This document shows positions 1 to 10,180 of a DNA stretch of 64,000 bases, piece by piece (position 1 is the stretch's first letter; each line of letters begins with the position of its first letter). The translations under genes were made by a program, and so were the position numbers. The DNA comes from Promethearchaeota archaeon. Its GTDB lineage: Archaea > Asgardarchaeota > Lokiarchaeia > Sigyniarchaeales > SOKP01. The notes below the pieces were generated by a model. It made no database searches. It was not told the origin of the DNA and saw nothing but the letters and a program-made list of their open reading frames with translations. Location of the stretch: NCBI GenBank assembly GCA_008080735.1, contig SHMW01000003.1, positions 1 through 64,000 on the forward strand. Reading direction: 5' to 3'.

Positions 1-248
1 TCTCGGAACATACCAATACCGGCAATAATCGCGAATATACCTAATGTGATTGTAATTAAACCTTGACTTCCAAGAATTGCTTGCAGTTGAGTACTTGCTG
101 CTCCTCCCGTTATCTCTGGTGGTAATGCAAGATCAATACCAGCCCAAGTTAAAAAGTCGACAACGGCTAAAAACACATAGAATGCACCTAACAGGATTAA
201 AATTATGTTTAGCAATTCATTTGAGTCTTTTACTTCTTCTTCACTCAT
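1..248 (-). CDS. Membrane protein, N-terminal part (runs off the window edge)
   Basis: Manual translation from ATG at 248: MSEEEVKDSNELLNIILILLGAFYVFLAVVDFLTWAG...GLITITLGIFAIIAGIGMFR. Open to position 1, two hydrophobic segments; not in the ORF track. Confidence 0.7.
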   Translation of the reverse strand, partial: MSEEEVKDSNELLNIILILLGAFYVFLAVVDFLTWAGIDLALPPEITGGAASTQLQAILGSQGLITITLGIFAIIAGIGMFR

Positions 249-839
249 TTTTTTGACACCATTTTTTATTGAATTGTCAAGTAAAAAAGTGTTTTCCCAC
301 CTATTTAAAGTTTATTTATTAAAAGACTCTATACACTATTTTCTATATAGTTTTTTCTCAGTATTTCGACAAATTGATATGTCTCTTCAGAACTCAAAGC
401 GGGATCTATTCATATAATCATGTGGATGTTATCAAAAAACGTATCGTGAGTATATTTTCTCCTATAAGATTTTTCAATAGACAATTGAGATTAATGAATC
501 TCTTATTCCCGTCTTATAATTTATCGATGATTTGAAAGCGACTATAAGGTTAATGAAAAACACTCAATATATAAAATCTGTTATCATCTCAAGTTCAGAG
601 GCTTAATTTTTGATTCACACCATTTATCTTTAAAAACGTCTTAAATAAAAGATTCAAACTTTTTAGCAATGACTGGCTCAAAATATGTTAGAGTAAGTAG
701 TACTGCCTAATACCGATTCAGGCAAGTGTTGAGGTCAAAAGAGATGTACACTCCAAATGCATTTCTGATTGAAAAATTATGTAAAGTTTTAGTAAAATAT
801 TTATAATCTCATCGTTATAACCTAACATAGGAGAATAAT

Positions 840-1247
840 ATGGTGCGTGCTGATGATTGGATAAGACAAGCGGAGAGAGATATATTACACGCAAAAGAAA
901 GTATAAATATTGAGCACTACGAATGGTCTGTATTAGCAGCACAGCAAGGTGCAGAAAAGGCAATTAAGGCATTATATTATGAGATTGGAGCGGATCCTTC
1001 GGGGCATTCTATTTTTAAATTTATGAAAAACCTTCCTAAAAGGATTAAAGTTCCAGAGGAAATAATTAATGCTGCAAAGACTTTGGATAAACATTACATA
1101 ACATCTCGGTATCCAAATGGATTCGCATCGGGGGCACCCAAAGATTATTATATTGAAAAAGATGCTAAAAAGGCAATTAATTATGGAGAAAAAATACTTA
1201 GATTCTGTAAGGATTCGATATCCTCCCTCAGAAAAGAAACTGAATGA
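840..1247 (+). CDS. HEPN domain protein (HEPN-MNT module 1)
   Basis: W..QAERD, QQGAEKAIKA, GHS and LDKHYITSRYP are typical of PF05168-type HEPN; adjacent to an MNT. Confidence 0.9.
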   Translation: MVRADDWIRQAERDILHAKESINIEHYEWSVLAAQQGAEKAIKALYYEIGADPSGHSIFKFMKNLPKRIKVPEEIINAAKTLDKHYITSRYPNGFASGAPKDYYIEKDAKKAINYGEKILRFCKDSISSLRKETE

Positions 1248-1548
1248 AATTCTGGAAGCAAGTGATAAAGTTTTAGTCCAATCTGTCCCAAACATACAAA
1301 AAATTATTTTATTCGGTTCATATGCTACAGGAAAACCACATTTTGGAAGCGATGTTGATTTAGTTTTTATTGTTTCAGAACGAACATCAAATGATTTTGA
1401 AAAAATATATGAGAAATTATTCGATTTATCTTCAGAATATGAATGGTCTCCATTAATTTATTCAGAGGAACAATTCGATAAATTGAAGCAAAAATCAAAT
1501 AGTTTTTACAGAGAAATTATGAAAACGGGTAGAATAATATTTCCCTAA
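1183..1548 (+). CDS. Minimal nucleotidyltransferase (MNT), module 1
   Basis: LFGSYATGKPHFGSDVDL matches GS-x10-DxD. Likely start ATG 1183 (ORF track gives 1117); overlaps the HEPN 3' end. Confidence 0.88.
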   Translation: MEKKYLDSVRIRYPPSEKKLNEILEASDKVLVQSVPNIQKIILFGSYATGKPHFGSDVDLVFIVSERTSNDFEKIYEKLFDLSSEYEWSPLIYSEEQFDKLKQKSNSFYREIMKTGRIIFP

Positions 1549-2170
1549 AAATTGGGATGTTTTACACTTAATTTGTGAGGATGGATTTTGGTTCAGCTAT
1601 TTATTTTCTTAGCACCTACGTTCTATTATGTATTTCCGATAGGGCTATTACTTTAATCACATTCACTAAATCTAAATTTTTATCAGCACTATAATTTTCT
1701 TATTAAAAATTTTCTAAAAAAACTTATTATGATATACTTCGCATGAAAAAAGAGATTTATCATCCCATAAAACGGAATTTTATTAAACATTTTTCAATAA
1801 AAGCTTAAAGTTTATAAAAGATGTTTTGAGATTTTTAACAATTTTCAGCCTATACTATATTTTCTGAATACTTTTAACTCTGAGAAAATATTTATTAAAC
1901 AAATATCATTAAAATAGATAATAGTTAAACAAATTATAGAATACTTAAAGAAATTCTCATACTTTCAAAAAACCTCATCTACAGTTTAAATAAGATAGTC
2001 TTGGAGAAATCAGATATTTCCCAAGAGAAAACTTAATATATGAATATCGAATATATATTCATAAAATACACACTCGATAGATGGAAGTGAAAAAATAGAA
2101 TTTCTTGAAATTTATCGAAAATACGATAAAGATTTAATTATAATAATTACTTAAAAACGACTGAATTAAT

Positions 2171-3493
2171 ATGGACAATAGAATAAGAATACTGGACGTC
2201 ACAAACCGAGACGGGGTACAAACCAGCCGTTTAGGATTGGCAAAAATAGAAAAAACCGTTATAAACATTCTCCTTAACCAAATGGGTGTATATCAGAGCG
2301 AATTCGGATTTCCGACTACTCTCCACGAGACAAATTATATTAATGCAAATCTTGAATTAGCCCGAATTGGGGTATTAGATCCCATTATTTTGGAAGGTTG
2401 GGTCAGAGCGGTTGCGTCTGACGTAGAAAAAGCTGTGGAGCTTACAAGAGTAGAGCATTTAAATGTATCAATCTCAACCTCCAATCAGATGATTCAAGGC
2501 AAATTTCAAGGGAAATATAACAGAGATGATGTGATAGATTTAATGACTGAAGCCGTATCTCGCGCGAAAGAGTTAGGGATTAAAACGATCGGTGTAAATG
2601 CCGAGGATGCCAGTAGAACCGATATGGATTTTTTAATAAAATTTGGAAACGCAGCTCGGAAAGCAGGTGCAGATCGGATTCGTTATTGTGACACCCTGGG
2701 TTATGAACGTGCGTTTCGAATTCATTTCCGATGTAAAGAATTAGCCAGTGCCTTAGAAATGCCCATCGAATTACATACGCATAATGATTTAGGGATGGCA
2801 GTTGCAACGGCGATTGAAGGTGCGAAAGGAGTTGTAGAAGAAGGTCAAGACGCCTATATTAATACTACTGTAAATGGAATGGGTGAAAGAGCGGGAAATT
2901 GTGATTTAGTAACCACTCTATTAGCATTAAAGCATGGAGCGGATTTTGATGAACTTGGATTACTTGATCCAAATTTAGACCTTAATAAAGCATGGCAAAT
3001 TTCAAAATATGCGGAGCACAGTTTTGGTGTTCCTATTCCTGTAAATCAAGTGGGTGTGGGAGAAAATATGTTTGCGCATGAATCTGGAATCCATGCGGAT
3101 GGAATGTTGAAAGACCATGATACATATGAGTTGTACGATTTTCATGAATTAGGAAGAGGAGAGAAGATCCTCGTTGAAACGGGGAGGAAAATTACTACAG
3201 GAGAATATAGCGGAATCTCCGCCATGAAACATGTCTACGGAAACTTCAATTTAGAATTCAAGAACGAAGAAGAAGCGAGACAGATCTTGGAATTATGTAG
3301 ATTTGCCAACGTTCAAAAGCAAAAACCACTGACGAAGGAAGAATTTATACTCTTAGCGCAGCATCCTAAGATCTGTCATACACTTCTCAAAATGGAGCCG
3401 CCTTCGATTTCGATCTTTAAGCCCTACATAAAATATAACGGTAAAGAAACTAAAACTGAAGAAGAATACCTTACGAAAGAGCAACAATCTTAA
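2171..3493 (+). CDS. DRE-TIM acetyl-CoA condensing enzyme (homocitrate synthase-like; probable Re-citrate synthase)
   Basis: LDVTNRDGVQ, EDASRT, YCDTLG, HTHNDLG, GERAGN and FAHESGIHADG motifs; no LeuA regulatory domain. Confidence 0.85.
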   Translation: MDNRIRILDVTNRDGVQTSRLGLAKIEKTVINILLNQMGVYQSEFGFPTTLHETNYINANLELARIGVLDPIILEGWVRAVASDVEKAVELTRVEHLNVSISTSNQMIQGKFQGKYNRDDVIDLMTEAVSRAKELGIKTIGVNAEDASRTDMDFLIKFGNAARKAGADRIRYCDTLGYERAFRIHFRCKELASALEMPIELHTHNDLGMAVATAIEGAKGVVEEGQDAYINTTVNGMGERAGNCDLVTTLLALKHGADFDELGLLDPNLDLNKAWQISKYAEHSFGVPIPVNQVGVGENMFAHESGIHADGMLKDHDTYELYDFHELGRGEKILVETGRKITTGEYSGISAMKHVYGNFNLEFKNEEEARQILELCRFANVQKQKPLTKEEFILLAQHPKICHTLLKMEPPSISIFKPYIKYNGKETKTEEEYLTKEQQS

Positions 3494-3699
3494 GATCAAC
3501 GCCCAATACCTTCAAAAATTTTAAATTTTTATAATTCTAACTTTTATCTTTTGTTAAAAAAACATCTTATTTTTTTGAAAAATCTTATTATTTATGTATT
3601 TAGATCACATGAATTCTTACAATAACCACATCTTATGGAAAAAAATTTAATAGATAGTAAGAATAATCCAATTCATTATAAAACGTATTACAAACTTGA

Positions 3700-4491
3700 T
3701 TGGTGAGCATAAAAATCTCAATTTTTCAGAATAGTCCAATACCCCTATTTGGATTGCCGCAAGCACCTACCATCATTATACTTTTCTTTCTAGCAATTTT
3801 GGGCTCTGTAATATCGGTCTTCATTTTTCCAAGACTATTTACCCCGCTGTTTTTAAAGCTTAAAGGTTTAATCAGACGGAAATATAAAGATGCCTATATC
3901 GAGATTCAACCACGATGCTTTTCGAGAAATATGTTGATCCGACGATGGATATATATTTTTTTACTGGAATTAGGGATTCTCGCATTTTTAGTACCTGCAA
4001 TTAATCCCGCATTATTTTTATCCTTAGAGTACGGACCATCTTATTATGAAAGCTTAGGAGTTCCCCCAGAATATACAATTGGAGTTTTAATAAGTCTTAC
4101 ATTCCTCACTTTGCCTTTTGTAAATGGTTTATGGTCCATCGGTTGGGTGATGGAAGATGCTGGATTAATGCATTATAAGTTCGAGAAAGAAGAGAGAAAT
4201 AGACTATATGAAATAGAGCCGGTTTATCGAAATTATAGTTATTATCTAAAAGGATATGCGGGAATCTCCTCTATATTATTCCTCTATAATGTGATAATAG
4301 CTTGGATTCAGGTGACTTCCGAATCTCGGATTGCTGATATAATTGCAAGCATCTTTCTTCCTGCGATTGCAATTTTACTGTCCATACCCTCTTACATAAT
4401 CTATGGAAAATTTGTTAATAAGAAATTCCTAATTCACCAAGATCTTAAACAACTTCAAATTCTGGATGAATCACAAATTCTAGAAGGATAG
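3700..4491 (+). CDS. Hypothetical multi-pass membrane protein
   Basis: 263 aa ORF with about 5 hydrophobic helices. Confidence 0.7.
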   Translation: MVSIKISIFQNSPIPLFGLPQAPTIIILFFLAILGSVISVFIFPRLFTPLFLKLKGLIRRKYKDAYIEIQPRCFSRNMLIRRWIYIFLLELGILAFLVPAINPALFLSLEYGPSYYESLGVPPEYTIGVLISLTFLTLPFVNGLWSIGWVMEDAGLMHYKFEKEERNRLYEIEPVYRNYSYYLKGYAGISSILFLYNVIIAWIQVTSESRIADIIASIFLPAIAILLSIPSYIIYGKFVNKKFLIHQDLKQLQILDESQILEG

Positions 4492-4743
4492 ATAATTCTA
4501 ATAGTCTATTCAATGAATTACTTACATTCTCAAATTATTTCGTTTTATTCAAATTGATTGTTATTTTAGTTGGGATCTTTCTAAACCCAATTAATTTCTG
4601 TGCAAATTCAAACGAACCTACTTAAAGGTGTTGAATTTTGATTCCGATAATAATTTCAATAATAATATTTAAATTCATAACAAAACATATAGATATTTAC
4701 GGTTTTTGAAAAAAATCAAACAAAATGAAGTTGAGATTACATA

Positions 4744-6471
4744 ATGCAAAGTGAAAAATCTCCATATTTAGCAAAGATTTGGCAGAAACACTACGATAAT
4801 TATATCGAGGAGGATTTAGAATTCGAAGTAAGATCACTCGCCGATACCCTCAGAGACTCGGTGAAGAATTATCCCGAGAGTCTGGTTTATGAATTTATGG
4901 GAACGACCGCAACATATCAAGAATTCGAAAAAAATGTCATTGCATTTGCCAATTTCCTCGTAGAAAATGGATTGAAGAAAGGTGATAAAATTGCTATCAA
5001 TTTGCCTAATTGCCCCCAGTTTCTTATCGCACTTTTCGGAGCATTTTATGCAGGTGTGGTTGTGTCTGGGCTCAATTTCCTCTTACAAGCTAATGAGATT
5101 ATTTACCAACTCTCGGATTGTGAGGCAAAAGCAATTGTGACAATGGATTCATTTTATGAAGAAAACGTGAGAAAAGCACTTGTCAGCGGAAAAACGCAGG
5201 TTGAATTAGTTATCACTACCAATATTGCTGATCTGATGAATATTAGCGGAATTAAAAAAACTCTTGGGAAACTTCTCAAGAAAATTCCTACGGGCAAAAT
5301 TGAGCCCATCGATGGAATGAAATTCTTCAAATTCCCTGAGATATTATCCAGTTATCCCAATAGCACAGCGCCTGATGTAAAGTTGAATCCCAAAGAAGAT
5401 TTAGCATTTCTTCAGTATACGGGAGGGACAACGGGCCCCCCCAAGGGGGCTATGCTGACTCATTTTAATGAAGTGGCTAATATTGACCAAGTGACTCATT
5501 GGTGGGAAGTCGATGCACGAAGGGGAAAAGATGTATTCATCTCTGGGTTTCCCTTTTTCCATCTTGCCGGAATGTTTATGAATCTCGGAGCAATTGCTTA
5601 TGCTGGAACACAGCTATTAATACCAAACCCACGCGACACCACACATATTGTCAAATTGTTGAAAGAATGGAAACCAGATATCATGGTGAATGTACCCACC
5701 TTGTATTTGATGTTATTAAATGAATCTGAATTTAAGGAAATGGATCTGAGTAGCATTCGTGTCTATGTTTCAGGCGCCGCGCCTTTTCCCGCTGAAAGTA
5801 TCAATAAATTTGAACAGATTGTCGGAGAACATAAACTACTCGAAGTCTATGGAATGACAGAAGCCTCACCTATCGTGACGATGAATCCCTATCAAGGAAA
5901 ACGAAAGATTGGAAAAGTCGGTCTTCCTGTATCAAATACTTTAGTAAAAATCGTTAACGTGGAGCAAAAAGAGCAAGAAGTTCCCCTCGGAGAGGCTGGA
6001 GAGATCGCAATTAAAGGCCCCCAGATCTTTCAAGGGTACTGGAACAAACCGAAGGAAACTAAGCATGCTCTCAGAGATGGCTGGTTTTATACTGGTGATG
6101 TAGGCATCATGGATGAAGAGGGTCATCTAAAAATAGTAGATAGAACGAAAGATATGATTAATGTGTCAGGGTTCAAAGTTTTTAGTGTGGAAGTGGATAA
6201 CAAGATGGTTAAACACCCTGCAATCCAATTGGCATCCAGTATTGGTGTTTCAGATCCTGATCGGCCTGGTTCTGAAATGGTAAAATTATATGTGCTATTA
6301 GAGGAAGGTTATTCTTCAAATGAACAACTTAAAGAGGAAATTCGTATTTTTGCTGAGGAAAATTTAGCACGTTATAAAGTTCCAAAGATTATTGAAATCG
6401 TCGAAGAAATTCCTCTAACCACAGTTGGTAAAATAGATAAGAAAGCACTGAGAGCGATAGAGCAAAAATAA
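4744..6471 (+). CDS. Long-chain fatty acid-CoA ligase
   Basis: AMP-binding motif YTGGTTGPPKG, plus YGMTE, TGD and GKIDKK. Confidence 0.92.
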   Translation: MQSEKSPYLAKIWQKHYDNYIEEDLEFEVRSLADTLRDSVKNYPESLVYEFMGTTATYQEFEKNVIAFANFLVENGLKKGDKIAINLPNCPQFLIALFGAFYAGVVVSGLNFLLQANEIIYQLSDCEAKAIVTMDSFYEENVRKALVSGKTQVELVITTNIADLMNISGIKKTLGKLLKKIPTGKIEPIDGMKFFKFPEILSSYPNSTAPDVKLNPKEDLAFLQYTGGTTGPPKGAMLTHFNEVANIDQVTHWWEVDARRGKDVFISGFPFFHLAGMFMNLGAIAYAGTQLLIPNPRDTTHIVKLLKEWKPDIMVNVPTLYLMLLNESEFKEMDLSSIRVYVSGAAPFPAESINKFEQIVGEHKLLEVYGMTEASPIVTMNPYQGKRKIGKVGLPVSNTLVKIVNVEQKEQEVPLGEAGEIAIKGPQIFQGYWNKPKETKHALRDGWFYTGDVGIMDEEGHLKIVDRTKDMINVSGFKVFSVEVDNKMVKHPAIQLASSIGVSDPDRPGSEMVKLYVLLEEGYSSNEQLKEEIRIFAEENLARYKVPKIIEIVEEIPLTTVGKIDKKALRAIEQK

Positions 6472-6602
6472 AATTAATTATTTATTCTTATATTCATTCA
6501 TTTTTTTTTATGTGTTTTATTTTAGGTAATAAAACTATTTTAAGACTTTTATTCAATTATTAGATATATGATTCAAAAAAATGTATTCACAAGTGATAGA
6601 TA

Positions 6603-7886
6603 ATGGTAGGAAAGGATGAATTTGTTCAGTGTATTAAGGATGAAATTTTAGAAAAATTAAGTTTGAGAAACCGCTATAATTTTCTCAATATCAATTTGAT
6701 GAGTATCTTAAAACCGAAATATATGAATTTTCTTAGAGAGGCCCAAAATTTCTACGTAAAATTTGAGAAACGGAATAATATTACCCATACGGAAGACTTT
6801 TATCAATGGATTCCAGAAATAGGAGAGCAAGGATTAATTACGCGTGTAAATCCTTTCGTTGATGCGGGATTAAACCTCCAACCTAATGGGATGGTGGCTG
6901 AATTCATGCGAGTGCTCGCAACGGACTTTTTTGACCCCCAACTCGCGATGGGAATGGGTGCGACTGTGTTGGCTGTGAATCCTTTAGTCCTCCATCATGA
7001 AAATATTGACATTCGTTTACAAGCGCTTAAAGAATTAATCACGGGAGAAAAAATTGGGTGTATATGTATCACAGAACCAGAAAGAGGATCTGATGCGGTT
7101 CATATGCTCACTACGGCTGATGAGCAGGAGGATGGAAGCTATATCTTAAATGGGGAAAAGATCTATCAAACAAACGGTACGAAGGCTGATTGGGCCGTTA
7201 TTTATGCCGTGACTGAAAAGAATAACGGAAATACGATGGGACAATTTCTAGTCGATACATCATGGGCCGGATGGCAAGCTGAACGTGTTAATATTCCTTG
7301 GACCCCTCGGATGCATGTAGGGAAAGAGACATTCACCAATCTTCGGGTTCCGAAAGAATATGTATTGGGTGGACCTGGAAAGGGACGAGAACATCTATTT
7401 GAAGGCTTAAATTTAGAACGATTAGGGATCGTAATCCTCAATATTGCCGAAGCATGGAACGCACTTTCACATGCTGTGATTTATTGTAATATGCGCGAGC
7501 AATTTGACCAAGCGATTTTAAAGTATCAAGGTGTTGGATTTCCCCTCGGCGATCAATGGGCAAAAACAATGAATCTGACCTTAGCTGCCCTCCACATTTG
7601 CCAAATTGTGGATGAAAAATTGGAACAACATAATGGAACTCTCCCTAAACAATTAAACCTCGCCCTTGGAGCGAATGCATCTCAATTGAAATCTCAGAGT
7701 GCAAAATTATCCGAACGGGTATGCTATGAATGTGCAAATCTAATGGGTGGAGCTGGTGCATGTGATAACACTCTAATGCATGATTTATTAGGAATCTCGC
7801 GAATACAAGAGATGGGAGGAGGCACACGGCAAATCCAGCAATATATTATGTCTTTAGCTTTACGAAAAATCTTTAAAATGATTTAG
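6603..7886 (+). CDS. Acyl-CoA dehydrogenase
   Basis: CITEPERGSD, LNGEKIYQTNG, R.QF and GGAG motifs. Confidence 0.9.
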   Translation: MVGKDEFVQCIKDEILEKLSLRNRYNFLNINLMSILKPKYMNFLREAQNFYVKFEKRNNITHTEDFYQWIPEIGEQGLITRVNPFVDAGLNLQPNGMVAEFMRVLATDFFDPQLAMGMGATVLAVNPLVLHHENIDIRLQALKELITGEKIGCICITEPERGSDAVHMLTTADEQEDGSYILNGEKIYQTNGTKADWAVIYAVTEKNNGNTMGQFLVDTSWAGWQAERVNIPWTPRMHVGKETFTNLRVPKEYVLGGPGKGREHLFEGLNLERLGIVILNIAEAWNALSHAVIYCNMREQFDQAILKYQGVGFPLGDQWAKTMNLTLAALHICQIVDEKLEQHNGTLPKQLNLALGANASQLKSQSAKLSERVCYECANLMGGAGACDNTLMHDLLGISRIQEMGGGTRQIQQYIMSLALRKIFKMI

Positions 7887-7932
7887 ATTTCCCTATAAAA
7901 AAATTTGAATTCTCTGGTAAATTTATATTGTT

Positions 7933-8277
7933 ATGATAAAGAAAAAAATTGATGATGTAGAAAATGAGGTCGTCACTAAAGCAAATTCAACTCAGACCAG
8001 AGTTCGATGGTTAATTACCAAAGATGATGGATCGACGCATTTTGCGACGCGGAGATTTGAGATCCAATCCGGTGGTGAGGTTGGACTTCATGAGCACCCC
8101 GAAGAGCATCATATCTATGTCTTAGAGGGAGAAGCGGGGTTTTATGATGAAGCTGGTTTCAAATTTACCGCTAAGAGAGATGAGGTGATCTTTATCCCTC
8201 CTAATGAACTTCACAGCATAAAAAATGATAATGATAAGCCATTTTCCTTTATTTGCATTATACCTTACTTAAAATAG
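7933..8277 (+). CDS. Cupin domain protein
   Basis: HEHPEEH...G and FIPPNELH cupin metal motifs. Confidence 0.88.
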   Translation: MIKKKIDDVENEVVTKANSTQTRVRWLITKDDGSTHFATRRFEIQSGGEVGLHEHPEEHHIYVLEGEAGFYDEAGFKFTAKRDEVIFIPPNELHSIKNDNDKPFSFICIIPYLK

Positions 8278-8463
8278 TACTAAATCTTTTTCTTTTAATT
8301 TTGTAATGTAAAAAAATGAAAAAAAGTTATTTTTTTCATTTTTAGTTTCCTTTCTGCGCAGATATATTTTATAGCCCAAATAGCTTGCGGTTAATGCCTT
8401 AACAAATAAGAGTATTATAGTCAAAATAAGCGACGTAGAATATTCAAATGGTGTTATACTCAT
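8269..8463 (-). pseudogene. Short or truncated membrane protein fragment
   Basis: MSITPFEYSTSLILTIILLFVKALTASYLGYKIY..., one TM then low-complexity sequence overlapping the cupin stop. Confidence 0.3.
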
Positions 8464-8603
8464 ACTAAATACACGTGGTTTTTTCAATAAAAATCTTTTT
8501 GGTCTCCAATTCTTGTGTGAGAAATAGTTATATAGATTAAGAACTAATCAAACATTATAATGTTATTAAATATCTCAATTAAAATGATTTATCTTATTAT
8601 ATT

Positions 8604-9425
8604 ATGAAAATCTCTGAAATTGAAGATCTTGTGTATGAGAAGGAAGAAAACGGGATATGTACCATCACGCTTAATCAGCCAAAGCGTAAAAATGCGATGT
8701 CATTTGTCACATTCCTTGAGATAGAGACTGTTTTAGAAGATATGGAAGCTGATAAAAATGCTAAAGTGTTAATAATTACGGGTACTAAAGATGCAAATGC
8801 TTTTTCTTCAGGGGGGTATTTTAATATGAATATGTACACCTCAGTACCTAAACATATTATGGAAGAATTAGACCTACAAGATATAGCTGTAAAACGCCTA
8901 TGTATGAAGTTATGGGATTTTTCAAAACCTGTGATCTTCGCAATCAACGGGCTTGCGGTAGGAGCTGGGTTCACGATGGCGTTAGCGGGAGGAGATTTGA
9001 TATATATGTCTGAAGATGCCTATATTGGATTTTATTTTATTCGACGGGCGGTAATGGCAGAATTTGGCGCTGATTTTCTCCTACCATTTTACGTGGGATT
9101 TCAAAAAGCGAAGGAATTGCTGTATTTTGGTAAGAAAATATCCCCTCAAGATGCATTAGAGTTAGGATTGGTAAATAAAGTCTTACCTCACAGCGAATTA
9201 ATATCTTACACGCGGGAGCAAGCCAAAAAGTTGATTCCTCCACACGGACCAAGCCTTTCCATTAAATTAATGAAAAAAACCATGCATAGCTATTTCAAAG
9301 ACATCCTCTCCAAGACATTAGATCTCGAAAATCGAGGGCTTCGGGAATTAATGAAAACTCACGACTTTAGAGAATCGATGAAATCACTAATTAAAAAAAC
9401 AGATCCCAGATTTAAAGGAAAATAA
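8604..9425 (+). CDS. Enoyl-CoA hydratase/isomerase family protein
   Basis: LNQPKRKNA, AFSSGG, KPVIFAINGLAVGAG and ALELGLVNKV. Confidence 0.9.
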   Translation: MKISEIEDLVYEKEENGICTITLNQPKRKNAMSFVTFLEIETVLEDMEADKNAKVLIITGTKDANAFSSGGYFNMNMYTSVPKHIMEELDLQDIAVKRLCMKLWDFSKPVIFAINGLAVGAGFTMALAGGDLIYMSEDAYIGFYFIRRAVMAEFGADFLLPFYVGFQKAKELLYFGKKISPQDALELGLVNKVLPHSELISYTREQAKKLIPPHGPSLSIKLMKKTMHSYFKDILSKTLDLENRGLRELMKTHDFRESMKSLIKKTDPRFKGK

Positions 9426-9473
9426 CTCAATTCAATTTGTTTGTAGTAAACGATTGTTTAGGATATCAAAACT

Positions 9474-10007
9474 TCAAATATGTGTTGGTCGCTTGTGAGA
9501 ACTTGATAGAGTACCTTGTGAATACACTACTTGCCCAAGCACAAATATTGCTTCAAATAGGCTAAATAAGAGTGCAGTAGTATAGAAGGCAGCCTCAAAA
9601 TTAGGGAATATCCCGATGATTGTTAGGATCAACGGAATCTGAAGAGGGATTTCAAGTAAGATCCAGAAAAGTAGGGATACAACTTTGCTAGACTTAATTT
9701 GATTAATCGCGGCTTCTCTATTTTCAGGATTCCGTAGAGAAACGATGATCAATGCCCAATTGAGACAAAGAAATATAAGGCTACACAAGAACCAAAAAAT
9801 ATGACCTTCGAGACCATAACGATCAAGACCAATTGGTATGAGCGACGCAACAATCACTAAGAGTCCTGATGTGACGACACTGCGGATCCGTCCAAGCTGA
9901 GAGACTTCAATCTCATCTCTCCCAGTTAAGCTGATGAGTGCTCCAAATCCAACAAAAATACCCGCAATATGGGCTATTCCGATAAATAACTCGATGTCTT
10001 CAAACAT
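9474..10007 (-). CDS. Hypothetical membrane protein
   Basis: 177 aa, about 5 TM helices. Confidence 0.7.
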   Translation of the reverse strand: MFEDIELFIGIAHIAGIFVGFGALISLTGRDEIEVSQLGRIRSVVTSGLLVIVASLIPIGLDRYGLEGHIFWFLCSLIFLCLNWALIIVSLRNPENREAAINQIKSSKVVSLLFWILLEIPLQIPLILTIIGIFPNFEAAFYTTALLFSLFEAIFVLGQVVYSQGTLSSSHKRPTHI

Positions 10008-10180
10008 TTTTTAACCATTAAAATTTTTATGGTATATTTATGAAAACATCTATTTAAAGATGTTGTAGATCGAGATAGCTCTGCGTAGTTTTACCAATGA
10101 ATTCGAAAAATATACAAAGTTTATTAAATCTCTAATGAGTTAATTTTTAAATTCTCTTATTATTATTATCAATTATTATA

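Noticed and set aside
668-740. Possible hairpin (TGCCT...AGGCA within TCAA...TTGA) upstream of HEPN module 1
   Set aside because: Stems are short and interrupted, compatible with chance.
205-963. Short track ORFs at 205-417 and 718-963, and the many short ORFs nested antisense in long genes (also 29763-29987)
   Set aside because: They have low-complexity or shadow composition, most overlap better-supported genes, and none has a motif.
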